A stretch of DNA of 64,000 nucleotides from Octopus sinensis (GCF_006345805.1 NC_043004.1:46872001-46936000), one strand, 5' to 3'. Positions 1 to 13,849 are shown, counted from the first letter of the stretch. The notes: generated from the sequence alone by a model not told the origin. Made by a program: numbers and translations.

Positions 1-434
1 TAAACGTAGAGGAGACAAACAAGGACAGACAAGCGGATTAAGTCGATTATATCGACCCCAGTGCATAACTGGTACTTATTTAATCGACCCCGAAAGTGGA
101 CCTCGGTGGAATTTGAACTCAGAACGTAACGGCAGGCGAAATACCTATTTCTTTACTACCCACAAGGGGCTAAACATAGAGGGGACAAACAAGGACAGAC
201 ATAGGTATTAAGTCGATTACATCGACCCCAGTGCGTAACTGGTGCTTAATTTATCGACCCCGAAAGGATGAAAGGCAAAGTCGACCTCGGCGGAATTTGA
301 ACTCAGAACGTAACGGCAGACGAAATACCGCAAAGCATTTCGCCCGGCGTGCTAACTCTTCTTCCAGCTCGCCGCCTTAAATACCGTTAAGCATTTCGAC
401 CGGCGCGCAAACGTTTCTGCCAGCTCACAGCCTT
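1..434 (-). mobile_element. tRNA-derived SINE (family S1) with a second S1 copy nested inside
   Basis: Inner copy 145-378 is flanked by AAATAC at 139-144 and 379-384; the outer copy resumes after it. Family head GGCGGCGAGCTGGCAGAA, B-box-like GAGTTCAAATTCC, central GTCGACTTTGCCTTTCATCC (resembles the Meta/Sauria-type central domain). Confidence 0.85.
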
Positions 435-522
435 GTCAGAAGATAAATATTACCACATCTTTCCCTCTGTCTAACTCTCCTTCTCTCTTTTCCCTCTCTC
501 TCTCGTTTCTCCCAATTGTATA

Positions 523-584
<62 letters not shown>

Positions 585-701
585 CATACATACATATATA
601 AAAATATATATAAATATATATATAAATAAATATATATACATATATATATATATATACACATATATATATATATACATACATATATAAATATATATAAATA
701 A

Positions 702-733
<32 letters not shown>

Positions 734-735
734 GT

Positions 736-1240
736 ATATATATGAAAAACAAAATAAGGAATGGAATAAGAACGTAACAGTCGACAGGAAAATCAAGTAC
801 GGGTCATTTGGAGCTTTCAACCTTCAGTCGAGTACCAGATCGTCTTTGCAGTTTCGGTTTGTTAATCTTCAGACTATCCTAATCTGGCCGACCCCAAGAA
901 AATTTAAGTTAAGTGTACTAGATTCTTTGGTAGAAAGCAAACGAATGTGTACGAAAACAAGGAAAAAAATAAAATAGAGAAATGGTACGCTATTACATGT
1001 AGAAACGACGGGGCATTAATAGGACGAAATAAATTAAGCTGGTGTGTGGAAGTGATGCCTTACCGCAGGAACATTGAAGATGAAAGTCATGGGAAGGAAT
1101 ATCAGAAATGCTACATGTATGGTAGTCGTACCATTCTTGTAGTCCTTTACATGTCTGATCCCTCAGGCTGTGGCCATGTTACAGCACCACCAGTGAATAC
1201 GAATTGAGCACCTCCAGGGAGTATACGCATAATTTATAAG
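736..1240 (-). mobile_element. Probable PLE-derived repeat with a decayed HHR-like motif at ~836-885
   Basis: Minus strand GGATAGT-CTGAAGA-ttaacaaacc-GAAA-ctgcaaag-ACGATCT: core present, stem I partly paired, stems II and III broken. Confidence 0.35.
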
Positions 1241-1911
1241 CCTTTGTGTGTGTGTGGTGTAAATATTTGTATATAAGTCTCTCTCTTTTTTTTTCTCTGT
1301 ATGACTCTCTCTCTCTCTCTCTCTCTCAATTGATTGATCGACGTTTACTCTTTTCGGAGGACAGAGCCCATTCGGCCAACAAGGGTTTTCATGAAAAAGC
1401 CAACATTAATCACTCAATCTCCAGGTATTTTTCTAACTCTATAGAAGAACGAAAAACCGACACGCTTTCCAAAACCAGTTGCCGTTTAATCATTTATCAA
1501 ATACTTAGTATACATAACAATTTTCATGCATCATGTAAGAAAATAAGAAAATAATGCTGAGTAAAAAAAATGACTTCTTATGAATTTAAATAATTTTGCT
1601 GCCCTCCTTAACTCTTGTTGCTTGGGCATGAAATGGAGGATGATAGAAAATTTCATCAGTTTTATTATGAGTGGAGAATAGGACATGATGTTGTAAAAAG
1701 AACTAGTCGCTATGTCCACCGAGCATTTACACAGACAATCATTAAGGAAATTATGTTTACAACTCTTTCAAATGTTGTATAGTGAAGAGGGGAGACATGC
1801 AGTTGAAGTTTATGGCAAACATGGTTTGGCGGTTGTTATGGACATTTCTAGACCATTTTCGAAAGGTTCAATGGAAAACATTTGGAGAGTTTGAAAAAAA
1901 CTAAACATTGA

Positions 1912-2114
1912 TTTCAAATTTGTGGCAAAAGGCCAGCAATTTCGGGGGATTGGTTAAGTCGATTACATCACTCAAGTGGTAATTATTTTTATCGATTTCG
2001 AAAGATGAAAGACAAAGTCGACCACGGCGGGATTTGAAATCAGAACGTACACACTGACGAATACCAGTAAGCATTTTGCCCAGCTTGCTAACATTTCTCC
2101 CAGATCACCGTCTT
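1912..2114 (-). mobile_element. SINE family S1, diverged
   Basis: Same central domain and tRNA-like head as 145-378. Confidence 0.8.
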
Positions 2115-2529
2115 CACTAAGTGCTAAATATTAGATAGCTTTATCACGTTTGCCCTCCATTAGAATATCGAAGAAGCTTCACAGATATATTCCTCAAGTA
2201 TTGAAGCAAAGTTGAAATTAAACGCATATGACTCTTGCTCTGTGTTATATAGATGCAAAGTAGAAAGCCTCACAAAACTTTCATTACATTTTTTTAATAT
2301 GAAGCAACTTTAGACCAAGTAGCGGATAGAGTGAGAGGTAACTACAAAACTCTTTACTTGATCGATATTGCATCAAAAGAAATATGTTTTCGAAGAAGGC
2401 TTGTGTTTGACAAATCGAAACATCAAATATTATTTAGATCCTGGGGAAAGAATCAGGAAACATACATATTACTTTCAAATTTTGGAACAAGGTTAGCAGT
2501 TTTGGAGGGAACAGAACGCAACAGCTACT

Positions 2530-2643
2530 TACATTATCGACATTGAAAGGCTGAAAGGCAACATCGACCTCAGCAGGATTTTGAACTCAGACGGTCAAAT
2601 GGCGCTGAGTATCTTACCCGGCGCACTAATGATTCTGCCAGCG
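2530..2643 (-). mobile_element. SINE family S1, partial
   Basis: atcgacattgaaaggctgaaaggcaacatcgacctcagcaggattttgaactcag matches S1. Confidence 0.7.
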
Positions 2644-2989
2644 TAATTCCTCTAGTTATAATATTGCCAAGACCGAAAATATGCACACAGAAAGAGGGAA
2701 ATGTATAGAACCTACATTCGCCATAGTCAATTACAAATATTTTTTTTTATATGACGACATTTTTGTATATTACAATGTGTATATAGGATGAAGGAAACAA
2801 GGATATTCTTTCTCAACGGTTTATTAGGAAATAAACTACTAATATATTTGTCAAACTAGCTGACTATATTAAAATACTATGACTATAGTAAGCTTTCAAT
2901 GCACACCTATAAACAAAATTACCCACTCATAATTACCCATACGTAATATTCAGAAATATATGTGAGCATATTTGTGTGTATGTATATAT

Positions 2990-3195
2990 ATAGTTAATCT
3001 AAACATGAAAGCACAAAGAGAAAACACAAGAATGCGAGGACATGGAGCAAATATAGTATTATTGGAAGGATAGGAAGAAGGAGGGTTTAACGTTTCGAGC
3101 GGATCTCTTCGTCGGAAACATAGGAGAAGGAAAGATCCAAAGGGAAGACAGAGGAAAAAAATGCCAACGGTACACACGCGGTCACATTTTGAATC
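2990..3195 (-). mobile_element. PLE-type tail, family A, with HHR-like motif at 3086-3118 (core mutated to CCGACGA)
   Basis: Reverse-complement homolog of 14804-15018. Confidence 0.65.
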
Positions 3196-3234
3196 GCTAG
3201 TGCGCTGGGGAAAATACCCAGCGCCATTTGACCG

Positions 3235-3269
<35 letters not shown>

Positions 3270-3817
3270 TATATATATACAGATAGAAAGATAATATACA
3301 TGTACATATGTATACACACACACACATATATATATATATATATGTATGTGCATATATATATATATATGTGATATGTATGTATGTATATATGTATTTATGT
3401 ACATATGTTTGTATGTATGTGCAATTCCGTATGAACTGACAGCATTAAAATATTTCTATTTTCCTGTATAAAGCGCTGTTTCCTTTTTACCTTCACTGCT
3501 TGGCACCATGTCAGATCTCATCTACTATAACCCTTTGCCATACTAATGTGTTTTGAAGGAAGTTGATATATGTTTTCTATAAGCAGACCATTACGTATCT
3601 GTGTGCATGAGTGTGTCTTTGTGTTGATTATGTTTACATCGCTTGACAACTAAGATCTTAGTGTTTCGGCAGACATAGAGAATAAACAGTATACTTTTGG
3701 AACATGTGGACGTGTATCAATATATCCGACTGTGCCTAAGGTACATGTTGAAGAAATTAAATCCGTAAAAATGTAAAAGACATATGCATAAATACTATGC
3801 ATGCTGGTTTCCATGTA

Positions 3818-4498
3818 TACGAGGGGTCACAGAAACGGATACGGAAATGTTCTCTGTGGGACAAGCCCGTTGTAGTTCAGGATTCCGCCGCTAGAAGAAA
3901 ATTGATTTAACCCTAAGGCATCGGTCTGTTGACCAGAGTTGTACGGTGCGGTCACACTGCACGTTGTCCATCTTTGTTTTCAGTGTTCGTCGATTTTTGC
4001 GTGAAATTCTGTTTTCTGCTGGGGAAATCAGCGACCGAAACATTTGTCATGCTTCAAACAGCTTACAAGGAGGTACACTGGCCTGAGTAAAGCACATGTT
4101 TACGAGTGGTATTCACACTCTAGGAGTGGCCACTTGTCGCCTGACGACGACTACGTTCAGGGCAACCATCGTACTCCCGAACGAATGAAATCATCATGAA
4201 AATTCCTGAACTGATCTTGGAGGACCGTCACCGAACAATTGACAAATATATTGTTATGACTGGTTTGTCCTGGAGCTTGTGCTACGCAATTTGCAGATGT
4301 GTAAGAGATGTAGAAAATAAGGACGGGGCATCATTTCGCAAGAGTTCCAGCATTGCTTCTAACAGTGTAAAACGCGTCTGGACCGATGCATTGCTTCAAA
4401 TGGGAAGTACTTTGTAGGCGATAAAAGTTTAAACATGTAAAACTATACGAATAAAATAATATTGCAAACTTCCAGTTTCTTTTGCGTACCCCCTCGTA
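3818..4498 (+). mobile_element. Internally deleted mariner transposon
   Basis: TA-CGAGGGG...CCCCTCG-TA ends. Broken N-terminal HTH (KFCFLLGKSATETFVMLQTAYK; IPELILEDRHRTID) joined to the C-terminus (QEFQHCF*QCKTRLDRCIASNGKYFVGD). Confidence 0.85.
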
Positions 4499-4555
4499 TG
4501 TGCGTGCATGTATGTTACTATATTTACATATATATATGTTACTATGTTGACATAC

Positions 4556-4965
4556 AGGGGCAGGAGTGGCTCTGTGGTAAGTAGCTTGCTTACCAATCAC
4601 ATGGATCCGGGTTCAGTCCAACTGCGTGGCACTTTGAGCAATTGTCTTCTACTATAGCCTCAGGCCGACCAAGGCTTGTAAGTGGATTTGGTAGACGGAA
4701 ACTGAAAGACGCCCGTCGTATATATGTATATGTGTGCGTGTGTGTGTTTGTATGTGTGTGTGTGTGTCCCCAACACCCCTTGGCAACCGATGTTGGTGTG
4801 ATTACGTCCCCGTAACTTAGTGGCTCGACAAAAAGAGACCGGTAGAATAAATACTAGGCTTACAAAGAATAAGTCCTGGGGTCGATTTGCTCGACTAAAG
4901 GCGGTGCTCCAGCATTGCTGCAGTCAAATAACTGTAACAAGTAAAAGAGTAAAAAAGTAAAAGAG
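4556..4965 (+). mobile_element. CORE-type SINE (family S2, octopus OR-like)
   Basis: tRNA-like head GGAGTGGCT.TGTGGTAAG, CORE-like GGCAC(C)TTGGGCAAGTG region, internal (GT)n, AGTAAAAG repeat tail. Confidence 0.8.
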
Positions 4966-5479
4966 ATATTTGTATGTGCGAATGAATGTACAGATATATA
5001 TGGGCGCTAATCAATACGTCACGAACGGAAAGCTTCAATAAAAGCGAACACATTCAACAGAGATCAAAATTCGAAAGGAAATTAAAAGTGTATCTCAATA
5101 TATTCTAAACACATTACGTATTGTTAATAAAGTTTATCGGATATATTGATGGTAAGAAAAATATTCCGATGAAAAACATTTAGGAATGACTAACCGTGTT
5201 TCTCCTTAGCCAATTTGAATGTGCTTCAAATGTATAACAGCAGTGCAAATTAAAATACATACTATAAAAATACATATTCACAGACAAATATATACTCACA
5301 CACATATTCACGCACATGACCACACGCACATGACCACACGCACTAGCACTTGTATATTCTAAACGTATTGTATTACATCGCACCTTATTGATAACAAATT
5401 TATAACTACGACTCGCCAACCTCTTCTAATACACACATATGCTTCTGTACGTACGAATGAAAATTTGAATGCGTACATA

Positions 5480-5497
5480 TGTGTATGAATATATATA

Positions 5498-5571
<74 letters not shown>

Positions 5572-5597
5572 ATGTGTGTGTGTATATATATATATAC

Positions 5598-5683
<86 letters not shown>

Positions 5684-5706
5684 CACACATATATATAGAT
5701 ATATAA

Positions 5707-5749
<43 letters not shown>

Positions 5750-5790
5750 ATATTATATACATACAGATATATGTATACATATTTGTGTGT
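5480..5790. repeat. (AT)n-rich compound microsatellite, representative of dozens in the window
   Basis: Similar tracts at ~500-740, 9630, 11150, 16370, 19930, 21780, 33360, 57430, 57860, 61880 and 62660. They produce the YIYI/CVCV ORFs in the track. Confidence 0.95.
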
Positions 5791-6446
5791 ATGTATGTAC
5801 ACATTCATGCATATATTCGGGCATACGTACTTATGTAAGGAAAGAGAAATCAAAACTGCTGGAGACGCAATGCAGTAGTGTATTAATTTAACCAATATAT
5901 GTCCATATGTCAAAATCTATAGGTAATAAATAACCCAAATAACTGTATACGTATACGAATACATGTGTATATAGATCACATGAGCATCTTTGGAGTCTGT
6001 TCCGTGATACATGTGAATGTGAGTGTGTGTGTATTTGTATGCGCAAGTATGTACTTGTATGCATATTGTGTATGTGTGTGTGTATGTCTGCGCGTGCGTG
6101 TGGGTGTGTGTGTGTGTGTGTATATGTTATGCTTTCCTTCCTGCGTTTTGTATTTTGTTATATGAATACGAGCTTTGGGAATTTTACTGATTGCATGATG
6201 TTCTAATTTTACAACATTATAGAATAAATAATCCGAAGAAAACACCTAGACAATTTTTTCTTCAAAATATCAATTAGTGAAGTAACTTTAACGAAAAATT
6301 TTGGAGAATAAATAATGTATGTATGTAGGTATGTATGTACGTATGTATGTATGTATGTATGTATGTATGTATGTATGTATGTATGTATGTATGTATGTAT
6401 GTATGTATGTATGTTTGTACGTTTATATGTATGTGTATATACATAT

Positions 6447-6678
6447 AAGGCAGCGAGCTGGCAGAATCGTTAGCACGCCGGGCGAAATGCTTAGCAGTAT
6501 TTCGTCTGCTGTTACGTTCTGAGTTCAAATTCCGCTGAGGTCGACTTTGCCTTTCATCCTTTTGGGTCGATAAATTAAGTACCAGTTATGCACTGGGGTC
6601 GATGTAATCTACTTAATCCGTTTGTCTATCTTTGTTTGTCCTCTCTGTGTTTAGCCCCTTGTGGGTAGTAAAGAAATA
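6447..6678 (+). mobile_element. SINE family S1, near full length
   Basis: AAGGCAGCGAGCTGGCAGAATCGTTAGC...GTGGGTAGTAAAGAAAT. Confidence 0.9.
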
Positions 6679-6695
6679 TATATACATATACATAT

Positions 6696-6751
<56 letters not shown>

Positions 6752-8579
6752 GTGTGTGTGTGTGTGTGTGTGTGTACATGTTATTATATATATATACTCG
6801 TATATCTGTGTGAATATATATCTGTGTGCGAGGGTGAGAGAGTGTCCATATGTATGTTTGTTCGTATGTGACAATTTAAAGTTGAACATTAAATTCAAAT
6901 TTGCTCGGTCGATACTATATATGAAATTTAATAGACCATCATTCTATACAAGGAAACCATAAGGTGATATCAAAATATTGATAATTTGAATAATGTAAGA
7001 TATATTTAATTGAATCGTCTTTATTGCTTTACTTTTACTGAAAATGAAGGGTTTTGTTGAATTAATAGATTTTAGTATAAATCAATTATTTAAGTAGTCA
7101 GATTCGGACAAATGAAATGTAAAGTTACATCCGGTTTGGTTAGAGATGACACAAGAGATACAAAAGTTATTCATAAGTCATGCGTCTCAACATATTAATA
7201 TTCCTTGACTTTATTATTCAGAAAAAAGGAAAGGGGCTTATTATAGCTCTAATATTAATTACATTTCGATGCTATTTCACTTTGCGTACTAAGACAACAT
7301 ATTTGAAGAATATATTGATATAACAGCTTATAAATTATTTCCTAAAATAGAGCGTAATTATGAGTATTACAATAATGAAATTATTGCGTGTGCAGTAGAG
7401 CAATTCAAATAAATTGGTCGATTTTAATGATCACTTGAAGCATTAGACATCTTGAAGTGATGTTTATCGCGACTTATATGTATAAATACTTTAAAATTCA
7501 GTGTTACAAATATACAATTTATTTTCGTTGTCCTTAGCATTCAAATAAAGACAAAGAAACAACTGAACAGAAAGCACGTGAGAATAGAATGTATAATTTA
7601 AATATTTTATTCCAATTTTCTAGTACGATGATCCGTTTCACTTATTCAGGTCATTTATTTCTCAAACGGTATATAACAGTTACGTCATTCTCATTATATT
7701 CACTTCAAATTTTAATGGGGTGGGAAACGAAGAGTAATTCTTAAATTCAATTATTTACTACAATCATTATTTGCATTTCTGACACAAAAGAAGCATTAAA
7801 CAGAGAATCGTAACTGCGTTATTATGTAGACCATTACTCTTGAATATTTTGTAGCTCACTGATCTCTACTCGGAATGTATTTTAAACAGCTTTCTTCCCA
7901 TATTTTCCGAAAGAAGGAGCATATAATTTTAATCAGTCGGAAGATAGTTTTCCCAGTAGTTTAACATTCATATTTTCTTAACACAGGGTCCAGTATATGC
8001 CCTCTTATTTTATATATATTTGTATAGTTTGCGATCCCACCGATGCCCATTGTTAAAATGCTATGGGAATTAAATAAAAAACGAAATTATATGTAAGGAA
8101 ATTATTTTGAATTCAATTATGCTGAAAATTGATACACAATAAATTCATTCTTTCTTTAGTAAAAATGTGTTTAAGATATAAGTACTGTGCTCGGCTTAAA
8201 TGTTTTGTTTATAAAAACATGATTAAAAGCGCATTAAAGGAGATGCAGTTGACAACGCCACACAAGGAACACTTATCAATCATTCATTTTCGTTATCCTC
8301 AATTTCATAGTAACATATCTAATATGGCTTGACAATTCTCCTTGTTGTGCACTTGTGTTATATGTTGAACTCTTCTGTATACCCTGATATATTTTACGCT
8401 AGCCCAATCCTCGTAATTATTCATAGTACAGATTACGTTTTATTGAAAAAGAAACCTCTAACCAGCTTTTCTCGGATTATTGAAAACAACTTTAACTCCT
8501 CTAAAGACGTACATGATAAGTGTTCAAGGAGTAACTTCAACACATAAAAATCAAAGCGGAAAATCTAAACAAGCTATGC

Positions 8580-8870
8580 CGGCATCAAAGAAACAGAAGG
8601 AGCGTTTGCCAACATGAGTGTTTAAGCTGTGATCAGTATCGCAGAGACAATCACTGACCGGCGTCTAGACGCTGGGTTTCAGCACCTGAGATTGTTTCTT
8701 GGCAAAAACCAGATTTACGCAACTCTAAACTTGGGGAACGTTGTTTCTTCAACCTTAAAGTAGTGGATAGCCTTGCCGACAGAGAAGGACACGTTTACAA
8801 GAATATACCTAGAGAATAACATACCTAAGACAAGGAACAAATTAACAAATGTCCAGATAATATTTTTGTC
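8580..8870 (+). mobile_element. Decayed GIY-YIG endonuclease remnant (Penelope-like)
   Basis: Across frameshifts: SVCQHECLSCDQY / IAETITDRRLDAGFQHLR / SKLGE / EKDTFTRIYLENNIPKTRNKLTN, resembling the VY.I.C..C...YIGET.R.L..R..EH...R..LE...I.....LN pattern. Confidence 0.45.
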
Positions 8871-9628
8871 ATCATCTAGAAGAACCTCTCTTCCACAAAC
8901 ATCAGTAAATTTAAGTGTCGAAATTTATAAAGAAAATATACAACAGCAATCTCAGAGACTACAATTATTCAAATCCCAAGGGAAGGGTGATAATGTTCCG
9001 TCTCAGAACTATCTAATTATTATACTCCCAAAACAGATTCATAAATCTAAATTTCTATAATTTTTAATAGAAATTTCTCTGATATTCATCCCACCCTACG
9101 GACAGAACCTAGCAGCTTTCGTAAATATAGTTCGTTGTTAAAAGAGACTTGAATCACGAAACAAAACGCATTAATTGAAACTGTATGTTTCCCCAACCAT
9201 GTGCATAATCACTTGAAATATGGATTCACGATGGAGTCACCATCAGGGGCAAAATCTGTCAAGTTTTATGCAAAGAGCAAATTATAAAACTAATGATATT
9301 GTAACAACAGTAGGAATTCATTGGGGTGACAAGTTAGATACTTTAGTGTAACTATCGTCGAATACATGTTTTCGCGAAGTCTTATATTCATCGAGTCAAA
9401 AAGTTAATCTCGGTTCCGGTGTGGATCATATATGTAATGTGAAAAGAAAGATAACATCTCAGATGAAAAAACGACTGCTTACAGTTAATTTTTAGTATTA
9501 CCACCTTTGCTTCACGTTGCATTCACACTAAATTATACTGTCATTAATCTCAGTATGAGAAACGCCTAAGTGATCATATCGCCAGGTTTTTGTTTGATGA
9601 ACAGTTATGCACATCACTACCCTCACAC

Positions 9629-9699
<71 letters not shown>

Positions 9700-11225
9700 G
9701 AGAGAGATATAATTTTTTGAGTAATGAGATAAAAAATCAAATATATATATATATATATACGAAGAGAGAGTAAGAGATTGAGATACAGAAAGACAGACTG
9801 ACAGAGAATAATGTAAATGTATATTTAGGAAATTTAGTATATAATCTATTTGGTATGGATTCCCGGCTATCTGCTGCATGCAACTGATATTTAAAATTGT
9901 GATTAAAAATTATTGAAAATATTGATCATAAAACATGTAAATCTAATTATATGTCCCGTATAGAACACATTGTCATATGTAATCGCTGATTAAAATAGAA
10001 GATAACGACGAAGATATAAGTATCTAAGATAATTATTTGAAGACGCTTCACAGGAGAATGCATTTTCTCATTGCTTCAAACGCGTGTAATGTATATAGGC
10101 CATATGTAATTTATCACACATAATCACTATAGTGTGATAAAATATTTGTAGCCGATATTAAAGTTCTGTTGTACTTCCACATTCTTATATATATATGCCT
10201 CTCTTTGAATGTTTCTATACGTATTTATGCGTGAATTGCAGTTGCTTATATGTGCTTGTGGGTTTTGCGCATTTGTCTACCCGGTGTATTAGTGTGTTAA
10301 TCCTCTTAAGTGAAATTACCAGTTGTAAACAATACAGATGAATATATTTGGATTGCAATAGGATGTGTTGTGATAGGTCGATTCATTATTCGTATAAGTT
10401 TTGGATAAATCGTCTCAATTCCCCAGACAGTTGATAATGTAGAATCGGCAACAAAAACGACTATCCAATACAATATCATATTACTAAATACATTATTCTA
10501 TGATTCATTTGGTAGAAATTGCTGTCAATTACACACGAATAATATTGACTGAAACACCTAAAACTACAAACAAATCTTTCGATCTGTATAATAGTGTATG
10601 ATAATATTAATGATTAAATCTAATCGTAAATCGTTTTAAAGTGACTTTCCAGACAAATGATATTAAACAGTAATCACACAGTCTTATGTACATGTTTTAT
10701 AATTTATTTAGTACACAGTTTATCACCCGATTTCAGGACATGTTCTACAAAGCCCCTAACACTCGTTCCATGCATGTGTATTTGCATCCAAATACTGTCA
10801 CACACAGAGCGCACATATACACACTCATTATCTGACATATATATATTTGTGTGTTTGTGTGTGTATGCGTAAGCGTTGTGTGCATGTGTGTGTGCATGCG
10901 CGTGTATGTATGTGTGCATGTGGGCATATTTGCCTGTGTGCGTGGAACATGATACTCAAGTATAACGCGTACATTGACCTCCGGAGAAATAACTGATACA
11001 TATATATATATTTATATATGTTCCAGAAATGTTTGAACATCATGCGAATATGATAATGCATTTGGTAACGCGACCTACAACAATTTCCACAATAAGACCT
11101 TTTAAACTCACATACACAAGCGTACATACACATGCAAACACACACAAATTATATATGTTTATATACATACATATATATATATATATACATGCATATATAT
11201 GTATATATATATATGTATATATATG

Positions 11226-11281
<56 letters not shown>

Positions 11282-11314
11282 TGTATGTATGTATACACAG
11301 AGACAGGAGTTTCA

Positions 11315-11720
11315 GTTGTTGATTGGGAGAGCGAGGCACAAGACAGAGATGGATGGAAGAAGAGAGTGCACAGTAGTTATTAGAGGTTTGAAAGAGAGAA
11401 TGTGAAGCACAATAAAGATGAAAAGAAAGCTTAGAAGAAATTAACTTGTGGAGAATGAGGAAGTGTTACTTTTTGTGCGTGTGATATGTTGGTGGGGGTG
11501 CTTGAGTGGTACGGGCCTGGTCAGCCATCTGAAGACTCACAGGAATCGACCGATGGTAAATTGTGAGATGACCTCTAAGTTGGAGGATTGAGAAGGTGTG
11601 TCAAAAGAGTTCATACTGTGGCACTTCTTTCTTCTCACAGCCAGCACAACTGTACACTATGTAACACAATGTGCAAATCTTTCACCAGGCTCAAGAGATA
11701 TACAGTGGCGCCACATTACA
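11315..11720 (+). mobile_element. RTE-clade LINE, C-terminal remnant
   Basis: [28 protein letters not shown] (RTE W...A.DR..W motif) followed by two decayed C2H2 fingers (ICWWGCLSGTGLVSHLKTH; CTLCNTMCKSFTRLKR). Confidence 0.7.
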
Positions 11721-13389
11721 TAACAATGATTCATTTCAGTTATTCCTTCTAGCAATAGCTTTGTTAGTATACGAGAAAGCAGCTCAGATAGACACACACA
11801 CACACACATAAACACACACACATACACATAAACACACATACACACGCATATATGTATACCTTCATGTGTCTTTGTGTTGTGCGTCTGTCTGATCATATTC
11901 ATATTTGGGAGACGGTTGCATATACGTGTGCAATATATATATTGTGGCAGTGATTGTGTCTCTTGCTTCTATAATATTTATTTAGTTTGTGCAGTTTTCA
12001 AAATATTGCATACGTATAATTTGTGGTACACGCTCAAACCATTCTTACCGACATTATAAATAAATACCAGCCTCCCATACTGTGATGAAATGAGCATACC
12101 AATTTTAGTGAAACAATATTTATACGCGACAGATCAACAGCTTAAAGATGACATTTAAAAAATTGGATTAAGACACGCACTCAACACCAGAGCTGAAGAC
12201 ACCTCCGAAAGCGGGGTCCCCGCCACGTCAAAACGGTAGAGGAGTAGGGGCCGAAACGGGACGTGGTTCCTCCTGATGATGTCTTGAGCTAACTGGATCC
12301 TATAAAGGAGCTGTTGTGGTAGCAGACCACGAAACACGTTGTTATTCCTTCCTAAGAAAAACAAGATATGATAGCCCATTCGAAAATCACAGGCAATGAA
12401 AGATATACATGACAAATAAAGCTCATGTGTGTGTGTGTGTTTGGCGGTATGCAGACACAGACAGAAATACATTTTATCAAAAAGAGGATGTGCAAAGGAA
12501 ATCGGCAGATAGCGAAACGACAAATATTAAATTGAATGCTATCACACAGCAAGGATAAAATAAATTGTATATGACGTGAACTGAAATGCCTAGGCTAAAA
12601 TAGAAGCAAAATCATAGTTAGAAACGATTTGATAATGTCGGTTTGACGTGCGAAGTCCATGGCTGATAAAAAAAGTATATGATAGTTACGAATATTACTG
12701 CCCTTACAAGTGCAGATGTGATTAGCGAGCGATACTCTACGCTATTTTTTATTATCCCTAGTCAAACTAAAGGCTGGATTTACAGTTATTCTTTCTTTAA
12801 GCTATAAAGTACTTATTACAACATGTGAAGGACACAAGACAGTCTACTGCTATTTCAGATCGTATTTGCTAGCAGGTGGTGTTATGAAGAACATTCAAAT
12901 GCGGGAACACGAACACGCATACACACGCTTACATGCACACATACATATATATATTCATGCGTGTGTGTGCGTGTAAAGAAAAAAGTGGCAGTTAGAATTT
13001 TGGACAACAAGTTATTCAGATCTTTCATTTTCTTTTAGAGAATGACCAGAGTTTATAAATTACAGAAAGGTTATGCTTGTAATATATATGTTAGCTTCTT
13101 GCAAAAACTGGAGTTGAATGGAGAAAACAATATAAAAGGACTATATTTTCTCCCAAACAGGATAGAGCGCTACGTTATCAATTTATACACAATTAATACC
13201 ACCGCCATCCTCTTAATATGTAAAATATGTACACATTTCACACAATATACACATATACACAAATACAAACACAAAGACACACATATATGTGTTAGTGTAT
13301 ATATGTGTGTGTATATGTATGTCAGTATGTATATGTACATATATATATATATATATATATTGGAAGGTTTGGAGATGATGCACAGGTAT

Positions 13390-13693
13390 TATATATTAGA
13401 AGAAATGAGGTAATCAGAAGATCGGATGGTTCATATTTATAGATATTTATTTATATATTACATTTTTTACATATATATATCATATCATTCAGATCATATC
13501 ATTCGGATTATTAGCGCTTTCTCCCATTCCAGTGGGGTTTTCAAATCAAATTGAAAACCCCACTGGAATGGGAGAAAGCGCTAATAATCCAAATGATATG
13601 ATCTGAATGATATGATATATATATGTAAAAAATGTAATATATAAATAAATATCTATAAATATGAACCATCCGATCTTCTGATTACCTCATTTC

Positions 13694-13705
<12 letters not shown>
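13390..13705. repeat. Near-perfect palindrome, ~155-bp arms, 6-nt spacer ATCAAA (13545-13550); probably a PLE tail
   Basis: Direct reading shows one mismatch. Each arm starts with the HHR-like TTGAAAA-CCCA(ctggaa)TGGG-AGAAA-GCGC-TA. Confidence 0.9.
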
Positions 13706-13749
<44 letters not shown>

Positions 13750-13849
13750 CATAAATATAAGAGAGTGACCACCATGTGGTCTACTCTAGCACTAAAAATA
13801 GATCCGCAAGGTTTCAGCCACAAAAGAAATATATATATATTATATATAT

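Noticed and set aside
1590-2546. Possible very old Jockey/CR1 RT (VMDISRPFSK resembling LDISKAFD; LALCYID)
   Set aside because: Only scattered 3-5 residue similarities; not enough to call.
10310-10535. Faint inverted similarity, possibly an old MITE
   Set aside because: Identity is too low to distinguish from chance in AT-rich sequence.
11525-11575. CTGAAGA followed by a CTCAC/GTGAG hairpin
   Set aside because: No GAAA follows, and it lies in the RTE zinc-finger coding remnant. Similar lone CTGANGA hits at ~4141, 30023, 42714, 51241 and 59067 also lack HHR stems.
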